A stretch of 64,000 nt of DNA from NCBI RefSeq assembly GCF_964194155.1, contig NC_135893.1:14756001-14820000 (forward strand). The letters are read 5' to 3'. Below are positions 1 to 11,098 of this stretch, piece by piece; within the stretch, counting starts at the first letter, position 1, and every line of letters begins with the position of its first letter. The stretch is from Cetorhinus maximus (taxonomy: Eukaryota). The position numbers and the translations under genes were made by a program. The notes beneath the pieces were generated by a model. It saw only the letters and a program-made list of their open reading frames with translations. It had not been told where the DNA came from and made no database searches.

Positions 1-469
1 GTAGAGACAGCAAGGGAGCAGATTAATTTTTAAATATCATAGACTGGCAGGTTATAAAGTAAAGACTTATGATACTGAAAGTTAAAGTGAGAGCTTTTTA
101 AAATGTTATATGCCCAACAGAATATTGCACCCATATTTGGTTTGAACTGGAAGATTTTGCTGTAAAGAAGGTCAGTAGCTCCATTGTTTCTGCACTGGAT
201 CTTTGCCTGCACTGTTGAGTACTGGAGTAGCTGCTTAAAAGCACATTAGGGTTGGTTGATTAATGAAGGATGAAAAAGAAACCGATGCTCATTTGAATCA
301 GTTTCACTTCTGTCCTCAATTATACCTCTTTTTCTACACCAGTAACTGAGTATAGGTTGGTGCTAACATTATGTCCAAGATGTCCAAACCCCCCTCAGCC
401 AACGTCTTCAGGCTCAAACAGGCTGTTTGCAATCTTGGTATTTAATTAAGGAGCTAAGGTGAGCCATAC

Positions 470-1120
470 CCACCACATCACACAAGTTGGCCACCTCCAC
501 CTCTGTAACATCACTTACCGTTGCCCCTACTTCAGCCCATCAACTGCTTAAACTCTCACACATGTCTTTGTCACCTTTAGACCCAACTGTTCCATTTGTC
601 TTATGGTTGGCCTCCCATCCTTCATTCTCTGTAAACTTTGAATCATTCTAAGTGCTGCCTAACCAATGCTGTCCTCACGCACCTCTGCATTCAAATGAAA
701 ATTTTCCCCTTGCTTAAAAAGTAGAAGCTGATTGTGCCCAAATTCCCGCTTATTCCCCCTCCCATATTCCTATTAACCTACAGTGGCCCTTAGCCTGCCA
801 CTCCCCCCCCCCCCCCCCCCCCCCCCCCATCACCCATCATCCCCATTGCCTCAATTATAAATTCTCATTCTTGGTGTTTAAATCCTTGCTCTTCCCTATC
901 CTGAAATTCTCTAACCTGTTTCTTGCCTTTTGTGCATCCCCCAATCCCTTCATTTCACCATGGGCGGATGGGCCTTCAGCTGCCTAGGCCCCAGACTCTG
1001 AAATTCCCTCCTCAATCTTTCCACCTCTCCTCATTAAAGACTATTCATTTAAAACTCACCAGTTTAACCAAACTTTTAATCACACCATCCATTTTTTCCC
1101 TTATGCCCCTAAAAGAGGTT
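470..1120 (+). mobile_element. Old L2-like LINE 3' remnant
   Basis: Degenerate L2-type 3' ORF/UTR motifs (aactctcacacatgtctttgtcacctttagac...; gccttcagctgcctaggccccagactctgaaattccctcc). A similar segment occurs at 36120-36480. Boundaries approximate. Confidence 0.5.
803..828. repeat. Poly(C) homopolymer, 26 nt
   Basis: Read directly from the sequence. Confidence 0.95.
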
Positions 1121-2009
1121 TTTTGCACGAGTAGGTGGTATGTAAAATTCAAATTGTTGGATGAATTTAGTAGAAAATTGGTAAAGGTCAAGCCATCCTC
1201 CAGTTCCTGCCAGCATCTATGGATCTCTGATTTTGCCTTCATGAATTTCTCCTGTTGCTCATCAGGCTAAATCTGAAGATGCAGTATCTTGGTGTGCAGT
1301 TCACTTAAGCTTGTTACCTCATATTCACTACTTTGGCGAGATTGCTTTTCTTTGTAATTAAATATCGTTTGTTTACACTCCTGCCTTGTCCCTCACTGCA
1401 GCTGGAACACTGAGCCTTTCTCTAGAGGGTTGGTTTCTCTGATGCTCTCATCACCTACCTTCAGTTTGCAGCCTCTGACTTTTAGAAGTCTGTAGCCTGT
1501 GTCCTTCATCTCGTGTAAAATTCCACTTTGTTAAAACTGTCCCTTTTGCCATTTTCCACTGGCAGCATGTGGCCCTGTGAATTAGTTTTCATATCCCTAT
1601 TTGAATGATTCTTCACCAGACACACATTCCTGCACATGTCTGAAATTCCTCCATCATTGGCTTGTTGCTTATTCCTCATTCCTGGCACTTTACCATTAGT
1701 GCCTGATCTTGTAGTCATTTATTTCTACCCTGTGGAAATAATTGTCAAAGTTGCTTTGCTTTGTTGTTTTCATCGCCCCTTCAAAACCTCATCAGAGTCC
1801 TTCTTTGTGCTTTTAATCTCTCCCCTTCTCTGTCACTTCCCAACATCCATTCTTTCCGCTTTGTGAAATGTTTTATTTACATAAGCATTATAGAAATGTT
1901 TAGGATCTCAAATTCTATATTATGATTATGTTGTGAAGTGAGATTATGCCTGTATTTCTATAGTATTCACTGCAATATATACGTACAAAACACAAAATAA
2001 TATGCAAAG

Positions 2010-3950
2010 ATTTATCCCAGTGAGAAAGAAAGACTCTTTGAGAAGGATGTATCATTTGTAGCTAAATAAAGAAGTTAAGAATAGTATCAAATTGAAAGAA
2101 ATCTTGGTAGGTCCGAAGATTGGTCTGATTTTAAGAACCAGCAAAGGATGACTCGAAAAATAATGACGGAGAAATGAGAGAATGAGAGAAAGCTAGCTAG
2201 TAATATAAAAACAAATAACAAGAGTTTCTTCAAGCATTTAAGTAGGAAAAGAGTAACTACAGCTAGTGTTAGTTGTCTAAAGAGTCAGTCTGGGAAAATG
2301 ATAATGGAAAACAAGGAAATGGCAGAGGTGTTGAACAGGTATTTTGTGTCTCTCTTCACTGTAGAAAACTTAGAAAACTTAAAAGATGCTTGAAAATCAA
2401 GAGGTGAAAGAGATGGAGGAACTTAAAACAATCACAATCATCAGGGAAAAGGTCCTGGGAAAATTATTAGGCTTGGAGGCTGACAAGTCTCCAAGACCAG
2501 ATGGCCTGCATCCTAGGATCTTAAAAGAAGTGGCTGCAGAGATAGTAGAGGCATAGGTTATAGTCTTCCAAAATTCCTTAGGATCCCTGTGGATGGAAAA
2601 TAGCAAATGTAACACCTTTATTCAAGAAAGCTGGAAACTATAGGCAAGTTAGCGTAACATCTGTCATAGAGAAATTGCTAGAATCCATTAGCAAGGAGGT
2701 TATAGCAAGATACTTAGAAAATCATCATGAGGCAATTAAGGATGGGCAATAAATGCTGGCTCAACCAATGATGCCCACATCCCACGAACGAATAAAAAGT
2801 ATTAGAGTTTTTTGAAGTAAGATAAAGGGGAATCTGTAGATGTGGTGCACTTGGATATCAAAAAGGCATTTTATAAGGTGCCACATCACTACAAGATAAC
2901 ACAAGAGTTCATGGTGCAGGGTAACATATTAGCATATTATTAGGATGAAGGATTTATTAGCTAACAGGAAGTAGAGAGTAGGGATGAGTTTTTTCAGGTT
3001 GGTAAGCTGTAACTAGTGAAGTGCCACAGGGATCAGGGTTTCAACTATTTACAGTCTATATCAATAACTTGGATGAAAGAATTGAATGTGTGGTAGCTAA
3101 ATTTGTCAATGACACCAAGATAGCTAGGAAGGTAAGTTGTCAAGTTGAGTTAAAGTCTACAAAGGGGTACTGATAGGTTAAAAAATTAGCAAATGGAGTA
3201 TAATGTGGGAAAATGTGAACTTGTCCACTTAGGCAGGGAGAGTGGAAAAGCAATAGTATATTAAGAGAGAATGCAGAAGTTGGTAGTACAGAGGGGTTTG
3301 GGTGTCCTAGTACATGAATCACAAAAAGCAGTTACAGCAAGTGATTAGGAAGGAAAATGGAATGTTGTCATTCATTGAAAGGGGAATGTAATGTAAAAGT
3401 AGGGAAGTTTTACTGGGTGTTGGTGAGACCACACCTGGAGTATTCCTTATTTGAAAACAGATATAATTGCATTAGAAGCAGTACAGAGAAGGTTCACTCA
3501 GCTCATTCCTGCAATGAAGGGCTTATCATTTGAATGGTTGAACAGGTTGGGCCTATACCCATTGGAGTTTAGGAGAACAAGAGGTAATCTCGTTGAAACG
3601 GTTAAGATCCTAAGGGGACTAGGCTGGATACCAGGAGTTTGTTTCCTCTTGTTGGAGAAATTAGAAATCGGATACGTAATTTAAACAAAAGAGGCCTCCC
3701 TTTTAGGACAGGGATGAGGAGAACTTTTTTCTCTCGGGGTCTTTAGTCTGTGGAATTCTCTTCCCTAGAAGGCCATTAACGCTGGGTCATTGAATTTATT
3801 CAAGGCTGAGTTAGATAGATTTTTGATAGACGGGGAGTTGAGGGTTATGGGGGGCAGATGGAAAGTGGAATTGAGATCACAATCAGATCAGCCAGTGGCG
3901 GAGCAGGATCAGAGTGCCCAATGGTCTACTCCTGCTCCTAAGTCCTATGG
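2010..3950 (+). mobile_element. Old degenerate CR1 LINE (ORF2 3' half and 3' UTR)
   Basis: Motifs DKSPRPDGLHPRILKEVA and LEAVQRRFTQLIP...LNRLGLYPLEFRRTRGNL (ORF 3451-3684), with many stops. A short 3' end of the second LINE family is nested at about 2730-2800. Confidence 0.85.
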
Positions 3951-4271
3951 AAGTCTTTCACTCACAACAACAGTACAAGCTGTGTAAGGCTTGTTTCCGA
4001 TATCTGTTCTCAACTGGATTATAGAGAGATCGGAAAAACAGTCAAAGGGCGTTGACCCCTATCCACCTTGCACATATCATGGTACAGCGTAATTAGTTCA
4101 AGGGAAAGAACCCAGGGCACATTCCCATTGAAGCCTTGCAGTAATCAAGAGAAAATCAGTTTTATTTATGTTGTTAAAAATAAATACTTAAAACAAATGC
4201 GCCTTACTGAAATATATGTATGCTTTATGGTGCACCTGACAAAGAACGCAACATAAGAAATCGATCCTGGA

Positions 4272-4640
4272 ATAGTGTGTTGATTGGTTGGCAAGTGAAC
4301 ACTGGTAGAGGTGTTGCCATGGGGTGATAATAAATGATAGCCATTTGCTGGTTCATTCCTCAGAGCAATGCCTTGACCACTCAGAGTCAAGCTGCCTGGT
4401 TTAAAATTTCAAACAATGCTTGGCAGTTAACTGTCAAGTCAACATTAACTACTGCATTCTCCATGGCAACGCCGCTACCCAATCAGTGTCCACCTGCCAA
4501 CCAATCAGTACTTTCTTCTCATACAGTAACCCTAATATTGGTATTTTTACGATTGTCCTGATGAGTGCAAGAAGAAAATCTTCGACAAAATGTCTTCTTT
4601 CAGCAATGTACAAATTCTGTTCTACCAAACGACTATTTAT
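4272..4640 (+). mobile_element. Penelope-like element terminal repeat (family 1), with an inverted partial repeat and a hammerhead motif
   Basis: Homologous, in inverted orientation, to 33705-34030. Segment 4272-4322 is an inverted copy of 4461-4510. Hammerhead motif at 4553-4588. Confidence 0.7.
4553..4588 (+). ncRNA. Minimal type I hammerhead ribozyme motif
   Basis: TTGTC-CTGATGA-GT GCAAG AA-GAAA-ATCT-TC-GACAA. Stem I is TTGTC/GACAA; core boxes CUGAUGA and GAAA and the UC cleavage site are intact. Compared with the 33743-33778 copy, the stem II closing C and the AGCT palindrome are each mutated. Confidence 0.7.
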
Positions 4641-5419
4641 ATGTGCAATACCTTTGAAGATTAATTAGTACAGATACTCCTTTCTCAAAGGCATAACCTA
4701 TTGTCAATGTGTACAGCTCTCCAGCACAAGTGAGTGTCCAGGTGTCAAAAGTGAGTGTCCAGGTGTTAAGTTTTGATGGGCTATTCAATTGCTGAGAGAG
4801 CTGTTAAATTTGAGCATATTTTCCTTTAACTACAAGAGGTGGTTTGGGGTGCCATCTGACTTTCCATCAGTGATTTTTTTGGAATCATTCTCAAACAACC
4901 ATCTTTCTCTATAATGTATAGATTCAGGCTTTCTGGTGATTGGTGCAGATTATTCTTCAATAAGCTTTGCCGTATATGTCCAGCAGATCTGTGTTATGTT
5001 TCAATGGTGCAGAGTGTACCGTTGCCAGGCATAATAGTGAACGACAGCACCTCAATTCAATGTTAATGGATCTTCTGTGACATTGCTGCAAACCGTATTG
5101 GATCTGGAGTCCAAGTCTAATGTTTAGTTGCAAGTCTTTTGTTCTTTTTAAAACCTTGCTTCAGGTATATCCAGTGGACGAATGGTCTGTAGGTGCTGAG
5201 ATTATCAGGGGCTACTCATTTTTTAAAGATTTCTCCAGGTTGGCTGTTGCTTGGCTCCTCCCTTTTTGTTATCTCAAGTTGAGACATAACAGAAAATAAT
5301 TGGAATCATTTAGTCCTACTATGTTGCTGACAGGAAGCCTGAGGAAAGAGTTTTTGAGGTGGATATGATGCTGTTTGGAAGCGGGTAAATTTGTTTATTA
5401 TTTTGGAACAATCCTATTG

Positions 5420-6110
5420 CCCCTGAAGCCTATTTTCCTCTGTTCTATGCCTGTTTATTTACTTGATTGGTTTATGGCAGGCCCATTTCCCAATACTTGA
5501 CCGAATTAGTTCGGGGAGCATTTAAGTAAGTTGTAGCTAGTCCACTCTTCCCCATACCCCACAAAGACAATTTGACCTATTTAGTTCTGATTTATTGAAT
5601 TCATAATTTGTAGCTAGATGGGCCCCTCAAAATCTTATTGCACGTATTTAGGGTGTATGCATTTATCTAACTTGTGGTTGACATGCTTTTTCTGAAGGCC
5701 CTGGTCAATTTGTCTAGACGCAATTAATTTCTTAATTCATGGCTAGTCTATTCCCTAAAATCCAGTTGTATTTGTTCAGGCTGAATTATATTTACTTAGA
5801 TCCCAGCTGGTCTAATCCTACTTGAAGCCTGATTCAGTTTGTGGAAGATATAGTCATTTATTTAATTCCTGGCTGGTTCTCTTTCTTTCCACCCCTCCTT
5901 CCAAGCCTAAGTGAATATATGAATTATACTTATTTATCTACCGACGGGTGTACTCCCATGAAAGCCCATGTGAATGTCCTTCGGCCGCATCTATTTATTT
6001 AATTCCCATTCACTTAATTCCTGCCTGAAGTCTGATTCCTTGCTTTGAAGGCTGCATTTACTTATCTAACTAATTCATGGCTACTGCTGCTCACAAAACC
6101 CAATTCCTTC
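5420..6110. repeat. Highly diverged AT-rich minisatellite-like array
   Basis: Recurrent motifs atttatctaac, ttaattcatggcta and gaagcct at roughly 60-70 nt spacing. Confidence 0.4.
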
Positions 6111-6739
6111 TTTTGAGGTCACATTGGTCTGAAAAAAGTTTTGTTAATTTTTAATGCGGTATGAAATACTTGATTTTTAATGGCAGCAACTTGTAGTGGG
6201 CATAGCCAAGACAGTTTGAGGCTCAACAGCACTAATAATAGCAAAAGTACTTAAAGGAAAGTATAATAATTAGAATACTTCAGTACTTCTGGTTATAAGG
6301 TGGTATGACAGAATCATGAAAATATTCAAGTTCTACAAAAAGTGCACACGATTGTAAAAGTTTTTAAATATTTTTCCTGTAATGTTGTTCATGGTGAGGT
6401 GGAGATTTTATATAAGGGTATTATGTCATGTAATATTACGAGAGCACTGACCTATCGGCATGGGAGTGGGATGGAGGCAAGGGCCTCCTTTTGGAACAAT
6501 TTACGAACTTTCAAATCCTTGTAGGATAGGAGGACCCACCAATTCATACTTATGCACACATTGCACACTGAAAAGCTGCACCTGCACCTCCTGCTGCTCA
6601 GTATACTGAAGTGGGTGAAAACTTTGCTCAACTATTGTGAGAGAAAACTTTCGAGCCAAACCCAGATGTTTACCATGTTCAATCATATTGTGAAATATAC
6701 TTTTATTTAAACACTTAATTTTGACATTAGAAATTTGGA

Positions 6740-7060
6740 ACCATACAAGTTTACAGCACAGGAAAAGGCTATTTGGCCCAATACTAATCCCACTGTCCCT
6801 TGTTATCCCCATAGCCAGTGTGTTGCTCTGCTTCAAACATTTTCCCTTCAACAATGTAACGATTGTTTTCTCAACTTCTCCCAGTGATAAAGCATCCTGT
6901 GTTCCAACAACCTTCTATGTAAAGAACTTTCACCTAGCCCCTCTCCTTATTTCTTAGTGGCAATTTTAAATTGATGAATGCTTGTCACTGATTCCCCAAC
7001 CAGAGGAAAAAGTTTCTTTATTCTCTCTATCAAACCCTTCATAACTTTAAAATCTATAAT
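6740..7060 (-). mobile_element. CR1 3' end remnant
   Basis: Minus-strand KVMKGLIERIKKLFPLVGESVTSIHQFKI, followed by a CR1-type 3' UTR. Confidence 0.7.
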
Positions 7061-7334
7061 AATATATTGATTTTGTTTGTCTAGACTATTTTGATTGGCC
7101 AGTTTAAGGGTGTATCTGTTGTTGGGTTTATTTAGTGGATGATGCCTGCTGCACCACCTGCGCAATGATCGTTGGTTAATTAGATATTTTACAATTTTAT
7201 TGTTTAAAAAAAAAACTGAGTAGACTTGAGTATAACAATTTTTTGATCTATCACGATGCACTTGCAGTAAGGTGCGAGGTCCTCTGTTTATGGTTATTGG
7301 GTGGGAGGAGATGGTGCACATTCACCACCCTTGT

Positions 7335-7476
7335 GAGGTGTCAGCTGTGGCTCAGTTCATAGCACCCTCGCCTTTGAATCAGAGGGTTGTGGGTTCATGT
7401 CCCACTCCCGGAAACCAAGAACTGTGATTGTACTCGAAAGAGTTGCAATCTGTGACTGTTGATAACTCAAAAGAGT
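7335..7476 (+). mobile_element. Young 142-bp tRNA-derived SINE, copy 1
   Basis: A-box-like tggctcagttcatagc and B-box-like ggttcatgtccc. 14-bp TSD ttcaccacccttgt at 7321-7334 and 7477-7490. Matches the inverted copy at 37049-37190 at 140/142 positions. Confidence 0.9.
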
Positions 7477-7639
7477 TTCACCACCCTTGTCATGAACCAC
7501 TAGGTAGCCAATTTTTTTTTGAACAAAAATTTTTGAAGGAAGATTCCTGGGCACATTTTGGGGAGCTTTAGGGGATGGAAAATTGGGAGATTCAATTGAA
7601 ATACCAGAGAATTGATTTTCTGGGGAGCCAAATTGTGTT

Positions 7640-8240
7640 TATTTCCAATTTGGCAAAAGCATTGATGTATTCAATACAGCTTATTATTCGAAAGCTATTC
7701 TTTACGCTAAAAATGAGAAATATTTTAGAAAAGCTGTCAGGTGAATTAAAAGAATACATCAGAGTCAACTCTATAGACGAAGATGATGATACCAGTCTGT
7801 GACCTTCAGTCTAATTCCAATGGGTATGGCACTGCACCAAGAGGAGGGAGCGAAACTTGAATCCTAAATAAGGATATTGTCATGGAGCAAGATTTATAGT
7901 TAACAAGCTGTTTTCTTGGATTGTGGATAGATGCTGAAATTATAACTGGTAGATTTCAAGGAAATTGTTTATTTGTCAAATAATATTGAGTTCAACAGAT
8001 GTAAACCTGCCTTTTCAACTCAGGAGAAAACAGCTTCCAATTAGATTTCATATTCTTATAATGATGATGAAGTCAGAAACTTTGTCAGGAATCTGGCCAT
8101 GTGTTTATATTACTAGGCCTGTTTTTACACATGGACAGCATTATGTAGCTTTTTCCAGGGTGAGAAGTGTTTCTGCTAAAGTCTTTAGTGATAGAAGAAC
8201 TAGAAATCTTGTGTTTGAAGAAGTACAGTTGCAATTAAGA
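7640..8240 (+). mobile_element. Helitron remnant, C-terminal part of PIF1-type helicase (pseudogenised)
   Basis: LNPK*GYCHGARFIVNKL, LPFQLRRKQLPIRF, PVFTHGQHYVAFSRVRS and TRNLVFEEV match the Helitron helicase motifs (GLCNGTRL; RRQFPIRL; PVFSHGQLYVAFSRV). Confidence 0.85.
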
Positions 8241-8499
8241 TACTAATTTGACCACCAGTGTTTTGTGGTTCTCTGCTAGCATTGGAGGGTTGGCAGGAGA
8301 AGGACAGAATGTCTTGGAATGGAGAATGCATGCAAGAGATGGTATGGGAAGGATGGAATGGCATGGAATGGGGCTGGTGTAGGAGAGAGGGGATGACATC
8401 AGAGTGGTGGTATGAGAAGGATGAATGGCTTGATGGGGATGGCAAGGGAAGGAGGGGGTTGCATGGTTACATATGAAAACCTCCTGCAAACTTGAAAAT

Positions 8500-8960
8500 G
8501 ACCTGTTTATTCCTACTCTGATTTCTGTCTGTTAACCAGTCCTCCTTCTAATGTATTATCCCCAATTCCATGAGCCTTAATTTTCTGTAATATCATCTTG
8601 TGCGGCACCTTACTGAGTACTTTTTAAAAATCTAAATGCACGACATCCAATGGTTCCTCCTTATCCACTCTACTAGTTATACCCTCAAAAAAACTAAAAT
8701 TTGTCAAACACGATTTCTCTTGTATAAATCTGTGTTGACTGTGCATAATCATATTAAAATTCTCTAAGTGTCATCTTATTATATCCCTTATGATAGATTC
8801 TAGTATTTTTCCTACAACTGATGTCAGACTAACTGATATATAGTTTCCCGTTTTTTGTCTCCCCTGTCTTCCGATCCGTGGGGAAAATTCTGGAATCTAG
8901 GGAATTCTGGAAGATCAAAATCAATTCACTGTCTCTACTTTTTTTGAAGAATGCTAAGAG
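8500..8960 (-). mobile_element. Old CR1 ORF2 fragment
   Basis: Reverse strand carries the RQKTGNYISVSLTSVVGKILESII region, degenerate. Confidence 0.75.
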
Positions 8961-9379
8961 TGTATGCCATCAGTTCCATGGTTGCTACTTTGATTTGGTG
9001 GGTGGGGCCTGGCTCTCACAGAGGCACATGGGATGCCTGGAGGAATGGTGCACGTGACATATGTGCGGCTGTGAATAGTTGATGTATTGCTGTCTGCATG
9101 CAAAGGTGGAACCACTTTGACAGTTGTTGGTTGGTTTTTAAAAGCTGGGGCGAAAATCAACGAGAAGCACAGGATTAGTCATTTCTTCTCAATCCCCTCC
9201 TGTGGTAATGTATGGTAGCTGGAAGGTGAGTTTGTGTGAGCGTTACATAGTAGTAGCTGCTGAGGTAATTCTGAGATGGCCAGCAGCCCTGCACTAGCTG
9301 CAGTCATCAGTCAGGATTGCAGCAAAACTGACCTGGGAAGATAGACCCTTCACTGCCCTGCACCCCCCGCCCCACCCAC

Positions 9380-10420
9380 CCAATGTGGTACTGTTATTCA
9401 AGAAGGGAGGAAGGGATAAACCAGGGAACTACTGGCCAGTCAGTCTAACCTCAGTGGTGGGGAAACTATTGAAAGCAATTCTGAGGGACAGAATTAATCT
9501 ACACTTGGAGAGGCAGGGAACAATCAAGGACAGTCAGCATGGTTTTGTTAAGGGGAGGTCATGTCTGACCAATTTGATTGAATTTTTCGAAGAGGTGACC
9601 AGGTGTGTAGATGAGGGCAACGCGTTTGACGTAGTCTACTTGGACTTCAGCAAAACGTTTGATAAGTTCCTGCGTGGGAGGCTGATAACGAGGGTAAGAG
9701 CTCATGGGATCCAAGGCAATTTGGCAAATTGGATCCAGAATTGGCTGAGTGGCAGGAAGCAGAGGGTGATGGTCGAGGGGTGTTTTTGTGACTGGATGCC
9801 TGTGTCCAGTGGGGTTCTACAGGAATCGGTGTTGGGTCCCCTGCTGATTGTGGTATATATAAACGATTTAGACTTGAATGTAGGAGGATTGATCAGTAAG
9901 TTCGCGGATGACACGAAAATTGGTGGGGTGGTAAATAGTGAGGAGGATAGCCTTAGATTACAGGAGGATATAGAAGGGCTGGTCAGATGGGTCTGATCAG
10001 TGGCAAATGGAATTTAATCCAGATAAGTGTGAGGTGATGCACTTGGGCAGGACAAACAAGGCATGGGAATACACGATGAATGGAAGGACCCTGGAAAGTA
10101 CCGAGGAGCAGAGGGACCTTGGTGTACATGCCCACCTGTCCCTTAAGGTAGCGGGACAGGTAGATAAGGTGGTTAAGAAGGCATATGGGATACTTGCCTT
10201 TATTAGCTGAGGCATTGAATATAAGAGCAGGGATTTTATGCTGGAACTGTATAAAACGCTGGTTAAACTACAGCTAGAGTAATGCGTGCAGTTCTGGAAT
10301 CTGCATTATAGGAAAGATGTGATTGCACTAGAGAGAGTGCAGAGGAGATTTACCAGGAAGTTGCCTGGGCTGGAGAGTTTTAGTTATGAGGAGAGATTGG
10401 ATAGACTGGGGTTATTTTAG
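9380..10420 (+). mobile_element. CR1 LINE ORF2 fragment (reverse transcriptase)
   Basis: ORF 9385-9996 contains PGNYWPVSLTS, SQHGF, VYLDFSK and SKFADDTKIGG. It continues with stops to about 10420. Very similar to 41535-42350. Confidence 0.95.
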
Positions 10421-10499
10421 GCCTGTGTGAAGACTGGATGTGTGGGTAAGATATTCAAAGGATGCTAAATGTTATGAAACCATGCAGGTTTAATTTAAA

Positions 10500-10642
10500 T
10501 GGATAAGTCATGGCAGGAGCGCTCAACACCGTGGTGTACTCCTCGTGCCCCATGTGGGAAGCTGGAGACATTTCCAGGTGGTCATAATCAGGGGAACAGA
10601 TAGGTGCAGCTGTGGCCGTCAATGTGATTCCAGGATGGTATG
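10500..10642 (+). mobile_element. CR1 ORF1 fragment (internally deleted)
   Basis: MAGALNTVVYSSCPMWEAG start, followed by the esterase segment IRGTDRCSCGRQCDSRMVC. Confidence 0.7.
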
Positions 10643-11098
10643 TCCAGGGAGGGCAACATACCGTCCTGGAGTCACGTTGATGGCCACAGCAGCGCCTATC
10701 TGTTCCTCTGACTGTAGAATCTCCTATTACCATTGCTCTTCCTCCCCTCCTGTACAGACAGGCTGCTTGTGGTGCCAGAAGCTTGGCTTTGTCCGCACTC
10801 CCTGGAGGAACCAGCGCCCTCATCAGCCTCCAAAACGGAATACTGATTTGTGAGCGGGACCCCAGGGGACTCCTGAACTACCTGCCTGTTTCTCTTGGAC
10901 TGCCTGGTGGTCACTAATTCCCTTCCTTCCTCAAGTCCCTTCATTTGCGGTGTGACCACCTCTCTAAACGTGCTATCCACGATGCTCTCAGACTCGCGGA
11001 TGCTCCAATGTCCCCAGCCGCTGTTCCAGCTCTGAAACCTGAACTTCCAGGAGCTGCAGCTGGACACACTTCCTGCACACATGCTGGTCCCGGGCACT
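10643..11098 (-). mobile_element. CR1 ORF1 fragment, inverted (zinc finger to esterase)
   Basis: Minus strand HVCRKCVQLQLLEVQVSELEQRL and VIGDSTVRGTDRRCCGHQRDSRTVCC (GDS esterase motif). Confidence 0.85.

Noticed and set aside
803-828. Poly(C)/G-quadruplex as a regulatory element
   Set aside because: It lies inside a decayed LINE, homopolymer length is unreliable, and there is no supporting context.
4728-4766. Short duplication aagtgagtgtccaggtgt x2 (similar ones near 17440 and 28623)
   Set aside because: Ordinary slippage duplications with no further structure.
7335-7410. tRNA gene
   Set aside because: A/B boxes are present, but there is no proper acceptor stem or terminator, and it has a TSD and a tail, so it is a SINE.
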